Assembly: GCA_038207335.1 (NCBI GenBank)
Contig: JBBQZX010000026.1
Coordinates: forward strand, 1-64,000
Source: Chthoniobacterales bacterium
GTDB taxonomy: Bacteria; Verrucomicrobiota; Verrucomicrobiia; Chthoniobacterales; Chthoniobacteraceae
Direction: 5' to 3'
DNA length: 64,000 nucleotides
Part shown: positions 1 through 7,950 of the stretch, piece after piece
Position numbering within the stretch: position 1 is the first letter of the stretch
How the letters are laid out: every line of letters begins with the position of its first letter
Program-made: the position numbers and the translations under genes
Notes under the pieces: model-generated
The model's database searches: none
What the model saw: only the letters and a program-made list of their open reading frames with translations
Told to the model about the DNA's origin: nothing

Positions 1-56
1 CTCCACCTCGCGGTGGCGTAAACACTCTCGCTTGTAGCGGAAGGTGCCGTTCCCGG

Positions 57-1127
57 CTACAGCGCGCCTGTCTTCAGCCGGAAATAGCGCAGGTGCTTCA
101 CATTGCGGAACGGACTGGGGCCGAGCTCGCGGCGCTGGAGATTGCCGCGTCCACCGCTGCCCGCAGGCGTGTCGTGCGAGATGAGTTCGCGCAGGTCGGC
201 GACGAATGCAGGGTCGTCATACGAATGCCCGAGCTGGCTGGCAAAGGAACCCGACACGTCGATCATGTCGATCTTTCCCGGCGCACCGCCTTGCTCCGCG
301 ATGTAGCCGAGTTCGCGATGATCTCCGCGCCCGAAGCCGGTGATCTGGAGCGCCGCCAGCACCGTGGATTCCAGCAGCCCGAGCCGCTGGTGCCCGCCGT
401 GCAGCAAGCTCGAAAGCCCCAGCGCGCGATCTTTCGCCGAGACATAGATCGTGAGATGGCCGACCAGCGGCAGGAACCGCTCGACGTATTGATCGAAAAG
501 GCCGCGGCCAATATCCGGCGCGAGCAGGATGACGTGGTCGGCGAGCTTTTCGCGGCGATGCGGCTCGCCGGCATTCGCGAGATCGGCGAGAGAGCGGACC
601 AGCGCGCGTGCGCCCATCGAGTGCGCCACGAGGTTTAGCTCGGCGCGCTCCTGCCTGCACACCCGTGCGAGCGCTTGGAGAAATGGGGCGAGCCGCTGCT
701 GTGTCCACTCGGCGTTTTCCTCATCGGCGAGATAGGAAAGCAGCGTCCCCTGCGCGGGCCACGAGTAGGCCACGGAAACGCCGCGCATTTCTCCGCCGCA
801 CGTCACCAGCTCGAGATCGCCCGCGAGCTGCGCCGTTTTCCGCACGGCTTCATCGAAGGTCGTGTTGTAGCCGTGGATGAAGACGAGCACCTGCCGCGGC
901 CTGCCAGCGCGCAGCGGCGGCGCCGAGCGAATGGCCGGGCGCAGCCGCGTTTCCACAAAGGCCGCGATCTCCGCATCCGTCCGGCGCAAGGCATTCGGGC
1001 GCGGCCCCTCGGCGGATTCGTTCTGCTCGTGCGCGGGTGTGATCGCGATGGCGGCGTCCACTTTCCCCAGCCGATGCCCCGGCCCGAGCGTGACCCGCTC
1101 CCAGCCCAGATGCAGCCCCGGCGGGTC
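57..1127 (-). CDS. Alpha/beta hydrolase (DUF900-like esterase/lipase), probably 5'-truncated
   Basis: FIHGYN oxyanion motif, YSWP, nucleophile elbow AHSMG, LLAPDI and late GHSY. The first ~19 aa of the 1187 ORF are just the antisense of a different gene fragment. Confidence 0.75.
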   Translation of the reverse strand, partial: DPPGLHLGWERVTLGPGHRLGKVDAAIAITPAHEQNESAEGPRPNALRRTDAEIAAFVETRLRPAIRSAPPLRAGRPRQVLVFIHGYNTTFDEAVRKTAQLAGDLELVTCGGEMRGVSVAYSWPAQGTLLSYLADEENAEWTQQRLAPFLQALARVCRQERAELNLVAHSMGARALVRSLADLANAGEPHRREKLADHVILLAPDIGRGLFDQYVERFLPLVGHLTIYVSAKDRALGLSSLLHGGHQRLGLLESTVLAALQITGFGRGDHRELGYIAEQGGAPGKIDMIDVSGSFASQLGHSYDDPAFVADLRELISHDTPAGSGGRGNLQRRELGPSPFRNVKHLRYFRLKTGAL

Positions 1128-1128
1128 C

Positions 1129-1342
1129 GAGCACTTTCGACTGATGATCAACTGCGCGGAGATTTGCCAGACGAGCGCGAATTTCATGCTGAGCGGCTCG
1201 GAGTTGCATCATCTCACTTGCGGCGTTTGTGCAGAAGTGTGCCGGCGTTGCGCGGAGAATTGTGCCCGGCTCGGCGAGATGGATGAGTGCGTGGAGACAT
1301 GCCGCCGTTGTGCCGAGACTTGCGGGAAGATGGCGGGCGTAA
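1129..1342 (+). pseudogene. C-terminal fragment of a four-helix-bundle Cys-rich copper-storage protein (Csp3/DUF326-like)
   Basis: EHFRLMINCAEICQTSANFML...CGVCAEVCRRCAENC...CVETCRRCAETCGKMA, 11 Cys in CxxxC/CxxC spacing. The N-terminal helix is missing and the expected stop (TAA 1340-1342) is out of frame by 1 nt. Confidence 0.7.
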
Positions 1343-1353
1343 TCCGGCTTTCG

Positions 1354-1563
1354 ATGGCTGCTCACAACATTCTCGCGGGAGCGGCTCTCACAGTAGTCTG
1401 GAGTTTCGTGGGCTGGATGATTGCGCATCATCGGCGGATCGAACGCGAGCTGGTGAAGGACGAAGCCATGCCGCGGCCGGGTCCTCGCGCCAACCCGTTG
1501 GTGTTGCTGGGTTTTATCCTCACCGCCTCCACTGGCTGGATGCTTTATTTGGTTTTTCACTAG
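1354..1563 (+). CDS. Small two-TM membrane protein
   Basis: ATG at 1354; hydrophobic segments ILAGAALTVVWSFVGWMI and PLVLLGFILTASTGWMLYLVF. Confidence 0.5.
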   Translation: MAAHNILAGAALTVVWSFVGWMIAHHRRIERELVKDEAMPRPGPRANPLVLLGFILTASTGWMLYLVFH

Positions 1564-2697
1564 GATAGATCCGATCGATGCCCCGGCGCGACTCTCGGAG
1601 GCCGGATTTGAAATTGCCAAGTGTGTGGATTTGGAGATTTGGACGATGCCGGCATGTGCAGTTCCTGCGATCAAGCCAGACCGTTGACGTCCATTAACCT
1701 TGCCAGGGACTTCGCGATTCTCGCGATCGACCGGCCGGCGCTCGCGCCACGAACCGCTGCTTGCTCGACCCACGGCGCTCCTGAATCGCGCCTCCCGCAC
1801 TTGCACCGGGCAGATCGAATCCACACGTCTCTTCACGACGCCCTCGAAGGAATCGCAGCCGATTGCCCAGTTCGCCTCTCGGAACCGATGGTAGATCCTC
1901 AACCATCAACGGAATCTTCGACGTTTACACTCAGCGCGAGGCAAAAGGCGTTGATGGCCCTGAACGCGTGCTTTCGCCCGTAAACTTCGCATCACAGGGC
2001 AGCCGCAATTCTATCAGTCGCCGCTGCTAGCTCAGCACACCGAGTTCCGGCACGAAATCGAGCACGACGAACGCGCCGCGTCCTTCGCTCCAGCGTCTCG
2101 CAATCGGCCCAAACGTGCTTGCGACGGGCGAGCTTGGCTAGGGTCGCCAGCGCAGGCTGATCCTGTCTCGGTTTCACGGACAATGTCTGGGTAGACGAGG
2201 CACGGGAAGTTTAGTGGTGGGTCTTCTCGAACTCCACAGGTGATTGATACGGTGCATCTTTTTGCGCGCAATGTTGCAAACTCGGGCGGCCTATCTTCAG
2301 CCTGTGCGGCTCTGCCGAAGACGTTCACCAAGCATTCAGCCGACATGTTTCGAGCCTCCTTTTCTCGCGCTCCAGCTCACGCGATTCCAGTTTGTTTTCC
2401 TGGTTTGATGGCATCGAGAATTCGACGAAATTACCCTGAATAAATACCCCAAATAAATACCCCGCTCCGAAAAATTGGGGCCGTTTCGGGTCGTTCGCGA
2501 CCAATCAGTGCCGCCAACAATTTCCTTTTTACAGAGTCCGCGGGAGCTGGGGCCACTCCTGTCCAAATGGGTCCAAAACACCCTATCGAATTTCAAGACC
2601 GGCTCCACTGCCGCAATTCCGTCAACGATCCGAAATTTGACGGGCCTCGGAATTTTTGCGAATCAAACACCAGAATTTTTAGGAATGGGACACAATT

Positions 2698-2770
2698 TGT
2701 GGGACAATACAGAGGCAGAACACCAAATTCCCAAGCTGCATACGAGGGTTCGATTCCCTTCACCCGCTCC
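2698..2770 (+). pseudogene. Degenerate tRNA-Gly(CCC): intact 3' half, decayed 5' half; contains the left att site
   Basis: TTCCCAAGCTGCATACGAGGGTTCGATTCCCTTCACCCGCT (2728-2768) is a canonical tRNA-Gly 3' half. The 5' strands of the acceptor and anticodon stems do not pair. Confidence 0.8.
2742..2769 (+). repeat. att core, left copy
   Basis: Identical to 9281-9308; T-arm plus acceptor 3' strand of tRNA-Gly. Confidence 0.92.
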
Positions 2771-2808
2771 CACCCTGATAGATACAGGGTTTCCGGTCGA
2801 TTTCGGGG

Positions 2809-2832
2809 CTGTGAACAGTCCGACTGTGAACA
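2809..2832 (+). repeat. Putative integrase arm-binding sites (CTGTGAACA x2), left end
   Basis: CTGTGAACA at 2809-2817 and 2824-2832; same pair at 9184-9204. Confidence 0.7.
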
Positions 2833-3041
2833 AAAACGAGAACAATTTGGGATGTTTTCCGCAGTTGTGCGCGGACGTTCGCGACAATTTCCGATTGCGG
2901 CTGCGAACCGCGCGCAAGATTCGGAATGTAAGGTTACGGACTCCACAGTGAAGGCAAACCGCGACCTGTCGCGGCAAGTGCCGAGGCTCAGAAATTCGCA
3001 GCCATTCGTTCGCGGCGATACGCTTGGAAGCCGCTCGCGGG

Positions 3042-3066
3042 GAATCTTCGATTGAATCGAAGGTTT
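3042..3066. repeat. Element palindrome copy 1 (CTTCGAT-N3-ATCGAAG)
   Basis: GAATCTTCGATTGAATCGAAGGTTT, a variant of GAACCTTCGATTTAATCGAAGGTTC. Confidence 0.8.
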
Positions 3067-3137
3067 GCAGCGGTCGGAACGTTTGCCCGTCCCGACTCGT
3101 TGTTGACTACTGAACCCAACGGTTGCATGATCGTTTC

Positions 3138-3320
3138 GTGAGCAAACCGAAAAAGGCAAAGACTTCCGAAAGGGCTGCGTCGCCCGGAACTGTCATCGCC
3201 GCGAAGATTCGTGCGATTGCCAACAAGCTCCCCGATGACGAGCGCGAGTCGTTGATGGCGGATGCAATGCGGCTCATTTACGGGGCCGAAGACAAAACGC
3301 TTCGTGCTCATCGCGGCTGA
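3138..3320 (+). CDS. Putative antitoxin (60 aa) of the PIN-domain toxin
   Basis: Small ORF (GTG 3138) overlapping the start of the downstream PIN gene; basic N-terminus, helical C-terminus. Confidence 0.6.
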   Translation: MSKPKKAKTSERAASPGTVIAAKIRAIANKLPDDERESLMADAMRLIYGAEDKTLRAHRG

Positions 3321-3795
3321 TACCAACGTCCTGTTGGACTTGGCGTTGGATGTTGAGGCGGTCGTTGATGCTGTGGCGACGATTCGGAAGCGTTTGCCAG
3401 ATGCCCGGCTGGTAGTGCCGCCGACGGCCATTCACGAAGTGGCGCTTGCGGCCCGCAGCGGAGAAACCGAGCGCATTCGCAAGACCGCCGTGCGCGCTCT
3501 TTCGCATCTTCGCGGTTGGGGATTTGAGCCGCTGAATCTCGTCCCGGTTGGGCATGGCATCGTCGAACGCATTGCCGACGAAATACGCCGCATAAATTTG
3601 TTGCCCGCAGAGGAAAGGAACGACTCGTTAATCATTGCGGAAGCGGCCTTGTTGGGATGCGGGATGCTGTTGAGCACGGACGCCCATTTTCGGGGAATTG
3701 ATTTTCAGCGCCTCACGCTTCTCTTGCAGAACTTCGACGTTGCGGCCCCGGTAATCGCCACCCCGCGAGAGATCGTTCGGAAGTTTTTCCGCTGA
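3304..3795 (+). CDS. PIN-domain (VapC-like) ribonuclease toxin
   Basis: N-terminal LIAADTNVLLDL, internal HE, ERNDSLIIAEA and LLSTDAHF provide the conserved acidic PIN residues; likely GTG start at 3304. Confidence 0.85.
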   Translation: MLIAADTNVLLDLALDVEAVVDAVATIRKRLPDARLVVPPTAIHEVALAARSGETERIRKTAVRALSHLRGWGFEPLNLVPVGHGIVERIADEIRRINLLPAEERNDSLIIAEAALLGCGMLLSTDAHFRGIDFQRLTLLLQNFDVAAPVIATPREIVRKFFR

Positions 3796-3987
3796 TTGGC
3801 CTAATCCTGCCTCTCCCAAACCGACGAATGGGCGCGGCACGGGGCCGTTAAAGGCGATTGTAGCCGTTTTGACGACTGGCGAGGGTGCCGACAGGGAAAA
3901 GACGCTTTGAGCCCCGCATTTTACGGCTTTTTTCAACGACGCCCGCGACGGCCCGACGCGCAAGCGAACCCTTCCCATTCGGCGGCG

Positions 3988-4013
3988 AAATCTTCGATTT
4001 TTATCGAAGGTTC
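3988..4013. repeat. Element palindrome copy 2 (4-nt spacer)
   Basis: AAATCTTCGATTTTTATCGAAGGTTC; abuts the xre stop codon. Confidence 0.75.
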
Positions 4014-4275
4014 AAGTCCCCCCGGCGAGGAAGCGTTTCACCTTTTCCGCGGTCGGAAACAATTCCTCCATTTCCACGCGCAGAATCTTGGCGATGACGA
4101 ACAGTTCAGCGTCGCTCACTTTCTTAATTTGAGATTCGATTTTTGCGAGCGCAACGCGGCCCCAATCCAAGCCCGCCAACTGTAGGCGAACGGCAAGCTC
4201 CGCTTGACTCAACTCGCGTTGAGAGCGGATGCGGCGCACTTGCGGCCCGACAACGTTGCGCACCTTTTTTGGCAT
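4012..4275 (-). CDS. Xre-family HTH transcriptional regulator
   Basis: NVVGPQVRRIRSQRELSQAELAVRLQ...ALAKIESQ...DAELFVIAKILRVEMEEL is a typical HTH_3 pattern. Confidence 0.88.
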   Translation of the reverse strand: MPKKVRNVVGPQVRRIRSQRELSQAELAVRLQLAGLDWGRVALAKIESQIKKVSDAELFVIAKILRVEMEELFPTAEKVKRFLAGGT

Positions 4276-4355
4276 TGTTCCACGAATGGAACTTGACCGT
4301 AGGAAAGCGCGCCGAGCAGGGTTGTTCCACCCGTCGAACTAATTGCCGGGATGCG

Positions 4356-5573
4356 ATGCCGATGAACTCAACTGTGCAACAGGGTGCGACGGCACTCTTG
4401 GGAGTGTCGTTTCTGTTCGTGCTTTTGCTGGTAGGGCGCGGATGGACGCGCCGAATCGCAAGGCGCGCCGAACTGCGGGGCTGTTCGCGGCGTGCCAATT
4501 TGACCGCCCAAATCTTGCGCGGCGTCACATGGCGAATGGCGTTGCTCGTCTTTATCGGAACGCCCGCGCTTCTTGCGTTCGCTGGCGGCACCCCTGAAAG
4601 CGCGGCGCGACTCGCAGGGGGCGGTTTGGGCATGGGCATTGTCCTATTCCCCTTCGTTGTTTTCAGTCTGTGGCAGGTTGCCCGCCGCATTTCGGCAGGC
4701 ACATTCCGGGCGCAGAGAATCGAAGCTCACGGGGCAGCAGTCGATTCAGCGGAATCACCTTCCTCCGATTCAATTCGCGCGGGTCTCGCTCATTGGCGGC
4801 TTGCGCCGACCGTCGTTGAGGGAATCACCCTCGCTTGCGTCGCCGTCGCTGCCCTTGGTCTTTGGAGAGCGCAGGTATTGCCCCAAAAAAAGCCGCTTCT
4901 GGCTCAGTCCGCGTTTTCTGCCGTCACACCCGTTCCGTTCAGACCGGCGCGGTCGCTGAAAGAAAATTCAATCCCGTTCAGTCTTCCCCAAGAAGCCATT
5001 GATGAAGCCGCGAAAGATCAATCCCGCACGGAACAATACATTCAGCGCGTCGAGCGCAGGCTGCCGCGAGGAGCATCGGTGCTACGACTTTTCGAGGAAC
5101 AAATGCGGGCGCATGAGCGGGCCTTGAACGATCTAGTCGCGGCAACATCGGAATTCATTGCGCTCGTTGAAGGCGCAGGGGGAAAGTCATTGAATCGGCG
5201 CAACAGATTCCTGTCGCTTTGTCGTCGTATGAAGACCGGAGGCGCGGCGGTTTGTGCCACGCTGGAAGCCTATCACGGGGCTCAAATCGCCGCATACAAG
5301 GCGGAACCCCGATATAGCGAAGCAGAACGAACCGCCATTCAAAGCAGGTTGCAAATCAGCTACGATCTAGGCCGGGTTTGGGGGCAAAAGGCGGCGGTAG
5401 TAGGGGAAGCGGGCGAAGCATGGATAAAGGCAGACGGCATGGGCTTGGGGTTGGTCGGCTCCGAAGAGGAAGAATTCACGGCGCGATGGAATGCTTTCGC
5501 CGAAGCACATTCGGCATTCGTTGAACGCGCAAAGGCGGTTCAAGAAGAGTCTGCGAGGCTGCAAAAAAAGTAA
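4356..5573 (+). CDS. Hypothetical membrane protein (about 4 TM segments plus a helical soluble C-terminal domain)
   Basis: Long ORF divergent from xre; hydrophobic segments in the first ~170 aa; start placed at ATG 4356 or 4362. Confidence 0.65.
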   Translation: MPMNSTVQQGATALLGVSFLFVLLLVGRGWTRRIARRAELRGCSRRANLTAQILRGVTWRMALLVFIGTPALLAFAGGTPESAARLAGGGLGMGIVLFPFVVFSLWQVARRISAGTFRAQRIEAHGAAVDSAESPSSDSIRAGLAHWRLAPTVVEGITLACVAVAALGLWRAQVLPQKKPLLAQSAFSAVTPVPFRPARSLKENSIPFSLPQEAIDEAAKDQSRTEQYIQRVERRLPRGASVLRLFEEQMRAHERALNDLVAATSEFIALVEGAGGKSLNRRNRFLSLCRRMKTGGAAVCATLEAYHGAQIAAYKAEPRYSEAERTAIQSRLQISYDLGRVWGQKAAVVGEAGEAWIKADGMGLGLVGSEEEEFTARWNAFAEAHSAFVERAKAVQEESARLQKK

Positions 5574-5601
5574 GAGGCAAGCACCCGTGGCTTCCTCGAA
5601 T

Positions 5602-5808
5602 ATGGGCTTCCTGATTCCCATTAAAGGCAGGCGCTTTTTGCCGCCGGACAGCGAAACCGCCGAAGCATTGCTAACGCAGCTCACAGAGTTTCACCGGGTG
5701 AGCGCCGGGGTGCTACATCGCGGGCCGGAACACGTAGCCAAACAGACAGTGCTCGCGGATGCAGTCTTGCGAGCGCTCATTGCGCATTGCAAAAGTAACC
5801 GCCCTTGA
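5602..5808 (+). CDS. Hypothetical protein (68 aa)
   Basis: ATG 5602; stop overlaps the TTG start of the next ORF (TTGA coupling). Confidence 0.45.
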   Translation: MGFLIPIKGRRFLPPDSETAEALLTQLTEFHRVSAGVLHRGPEHVAKQTVLADAVLRALIAHCKSNRP

Positions 5809-6065
5809 AAAAACTGAGAACCAATCCGCTCGTGTCCAAGGATGGCGCGCCTTTGGTGTCGTTGAAGATCGGCGACATATCGGCGGAATTGTCAGCATCG
5901 CAAGCCGAAGAGATCGCAGAGGCGCTTTTCCGCGCGGCAACCGCGGCGAGATATGAAGCGGGGATGATTGAGTTGCTTGCGGAGAAAGGCGAGAGCGGCA
6001 AAGCCGAAGCGGCAGTAGCAAAACTTCGCGCTAAGATCGAACAGCGCAGGACGGCGCGTAATTGA
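5805..6065 (+). CDS. Hypothetical protein (86 aa, helical)
   Basis: Protein-like composition (ELSASQAEEIAEALFRAA); coupled to the upstream ORF. Confidence 0.55.
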   Translation: MKKLRTNPLVSKDGAPLVSLKIGDISAELSASQAEEIAEALFRAATAARYEAGMIELLAEKGESGKAEAAVAKLRAKIEQRRTARN

Positions 6066-6083
6066 CTCCCGACTGTGGAGTTT

Positions 6084-6108
6084 GAACCTTCGATTTAATC
6101 GAAGGTTC
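6084..6108. repeat. Element palindrome copy 3 (perfect)
   Basis: GAACCTTCGATTTAATCGAAGGTTC, identical to 7897-7921. Confidence 0.9.
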
Positions 6109-6228
6109 GGGTTCTTCCTCCAATCCGGGCATAGGTATCCATTGAACTCGCAGGGGCATAGCCCGCGAGTCCGCGGTTTCACCCGCCCGGAATGTCCGGG
6201 TTCCGAGTGCGCGGTGCGCCGTCTCTCT

Positions 6229-6687
6229 TTACCGTATCCGTCGGTGTCGAAGAAAATCGACGACGGAACGCGAGAGCGTCGGCATCATTGTTTCATCGTC
6301 TCTGATTCGCCCCGATTTGCCGTAGCAAGGGAGCACTTTCAGGACGTAATGCACTCCCCCGCGTGAGTGGCAAAATTTGGTAATGCGAGCGTGTCCTCCG
6401 CCGCCTCGCAGCCATAGCGCGTTCGCCCTGCGGCAGAACCCAATCGGAAGATCGCCAAGCCCCGCAACAAGAACGTGGTAGTGCAGATTTTCGTCCGTCG
6501 CACCCGTCTCGAAACGATAGCAGAAAAGAAGCTTTCGGATATGAATGCGACCCTCAGCAAGCTGGCGCAGCCAAGTGAAGACCATCACCTTCCGCCTCCA
6601 TGCAGGAATGCGTGATGACTTAAAGGTGAGGGTAGCGAAAATCTGCCAAGGGACTTCGCGCAGTCGGAATGCTTCTGGTAGAGGCAT
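6229..6687 (-). CDS. Minimal HUH endonuclease, rolling-circle replication initiator-like (152 aa)
   Basis: RCR motifs in the correct order: motif I FATLTF, motif II (E...)LHYHVLV, motif III HYVLK. Confidence 0.78.
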   Translation of the reverse strand: MPLPEAFRLREVPWQIFATLTFKSSRIPAWRRKVMVFTWLRQLAEGRIHIRKLLFCYRFETGATDENLHYHVLVAGLGDLPIGFCRRANALWLRGGGGHARITKFCHSRGGVHYVLKVLPCYGKSGRIRDDETMMPTLSRSVVDFLRHRRIR

Positions 6688-6806
6688 GGAGCCGGTGTGT
6701 TTCCGCGGCGCAGGCGTCGAGTGACGCTTGTGCCTTCCAGCTTAGAGCGCTAGTATCCCGATGCTTCAAACCGGGGCCGCGTCGGCGCAAGCTGGCGCGG
6801 CTCTTT

Positions 6807-7088
6807 TTACGCAGCTACCGCTTTAGCTTTGGCGGGGCGAACGCAGTTGAGGGGCGTCGAGTCTTTTAGCCTGCGGTCAATATAGCCGAGCACACTATCA
6901 GTGAGAAAAACGCGCTTTCCCTTCTTACCCGGTGCGCCAAGCGTCAGGCTTTGGATGTCGCCCGATGTCGCGAGCAAGTAGGCCGTCGTCCTGCCAATTC
7001 CAAAGTTCACTTCCAAGGTGTGAAAGTCGAGCACGGCAGGAAGGCGGGCCGGGCAAGAAGCGTTGCTCAATACGTGGGTGTTCGTCAT
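6807..7088 (-). CDS. Excisionase/AlpA-like small HTH DNA-binding protein
   Basis: FGIGRTTAYLLATSGDIQS...GKRVFLTDSVLGYI resembles MerR-like winged HTH recombination directionality factors. Confidence 0.7.
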   Translation of the reverse strand: MTNTHVLSNASCPARLPAVLDFHTLEVNFGIGRTTAYLLATSGDIQSLTLGAPGKKGKRVFLTDSVLGYIDRRLKDSTPLNCVRPAKAKAVAA

Positions 7089-7160
7089 GGTGCGTCGTTG
7101 TAGCCCGCATCTTGCGCCCGCATAATTGGCAGGAAATCCCTATGGGATTAAGTGACGCAG

Positions 7161-7859
7161 CTATTTGTAGAAGCTGGCTAGGAAGGCTTCCGCCTTGGCA
7201 ACAGCGCGACTGACATTCCGCGCGTCCATCTTGATTTCTGTAATTCTCCGTGCCGAACGGCGGCAGCATTTGGCGTGGCGCGATAGGCGAAGGATTCTCA
7301 GATGATTGAGAAGATCGTCAGGACTGCCTTTACGCCCCCGCGGCTTACGATCGGAAACGTTCTGTGGCTCTCTATTGTTGAGAAGCCACGACTTGAACCG
7401 CTCAGTTAGTTCATCGTCTGTCCAAGCCCAAGTCGAAATTGGAAACGACACAGTAGTTAGCTTCGCGAGTGGCAGGGAGGTTTTCTTTTTTTTTGCTAAC
7501 GAGATTCCGTCTTCGATGCCTCTCCAATTCACAATTTCCATCGCCCGCGCCCGGCTGGAAATGGGAATGCACGACCAAGGCACTTTCGGAAAAGATTCAC
7601 AGGCCGCAATGATTCTGACGGGTGAAAATCCGAACCGTTCAAGTGATTCGCGCTCATGCGGTGCATCGCATACCGACGTAAGAAGGTCACGAAAGCCCGG
7701 CCATGACTTGTTTGATGCGAAATGCTTTCGCCAAATGAGACGGTCTTGAATGGCTGCGCGGCTCTCCCGTGCATACTCGTAATAGAGGCAAACCCAACGT
7801 TGCTCTTCCGGCACGTCATCAAAACACCACTCAGGCCGCGGAAGATCGTCGGCCTTCAT
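7161..7859 (-). CDS. Hypothetical protein between integrase and xis-like gene
   Basis: 232-aa ORF co-oriented with int; N-terminal CLYYEYARES, basic C-terminal region. Confidence 0.7.
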   Translation of the reverse strand: MKADDLPRPEWCFDDVPEEQRWVCLYYEYARESRAAIQDRLIWRKHFASNKSWPGFRDLLTSVCDAPHERESLERFGFSPVRIIAACESFPKVPWSCIPISSRARAMEIVNWRGIEDGISLAKKKKTSLPLAKLTTVSFPISTWAWTDDELTERFKSWLLNNREPQNVSDRKPRGRKGSPDDLLNHLRILRLSRHAKCCRRSARRITEIKMDARNVSRAVAKAEAFLASFYK

Positions 7860-7896
7860 TGCAGCCCTCTTCCCTTGTCGCCGGACGCTCCAATGC

Positions 7897-7921
7897 GAAC
7901 CTTCGATTTAATCGAAGGTTC
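7897..7921. repeat. Element palindrome copy 4 (perfect)
   Basis: GAACCTTCGATTTAATCGAAGGTTC. Confidence 0.9.
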
Positions 7922-7950
7922 GTTCCCATTTCTTGTTGGTGTCGCGGCCA

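Noticed and set aside
1564..2430. Several short ORFs left of the att site
   Set aside because: No recognisable motifs or consistent coding signal; probably decayed island DNA.
2698..2772. Functional tRNA-Gly gene
   Set aside because: The 5' acceptor strand and 5' anticodon stem (CCAAA versus GCTGC) do not pair.
6084..6108. Integron attC or dif/lox-type site
   Set aside because: It has AAC...GTT ends but is far shorter than attC sites, and the 1-3 nt centre does not fit the 6-8 bp spacer of simple tyrosine-recombinase sites.
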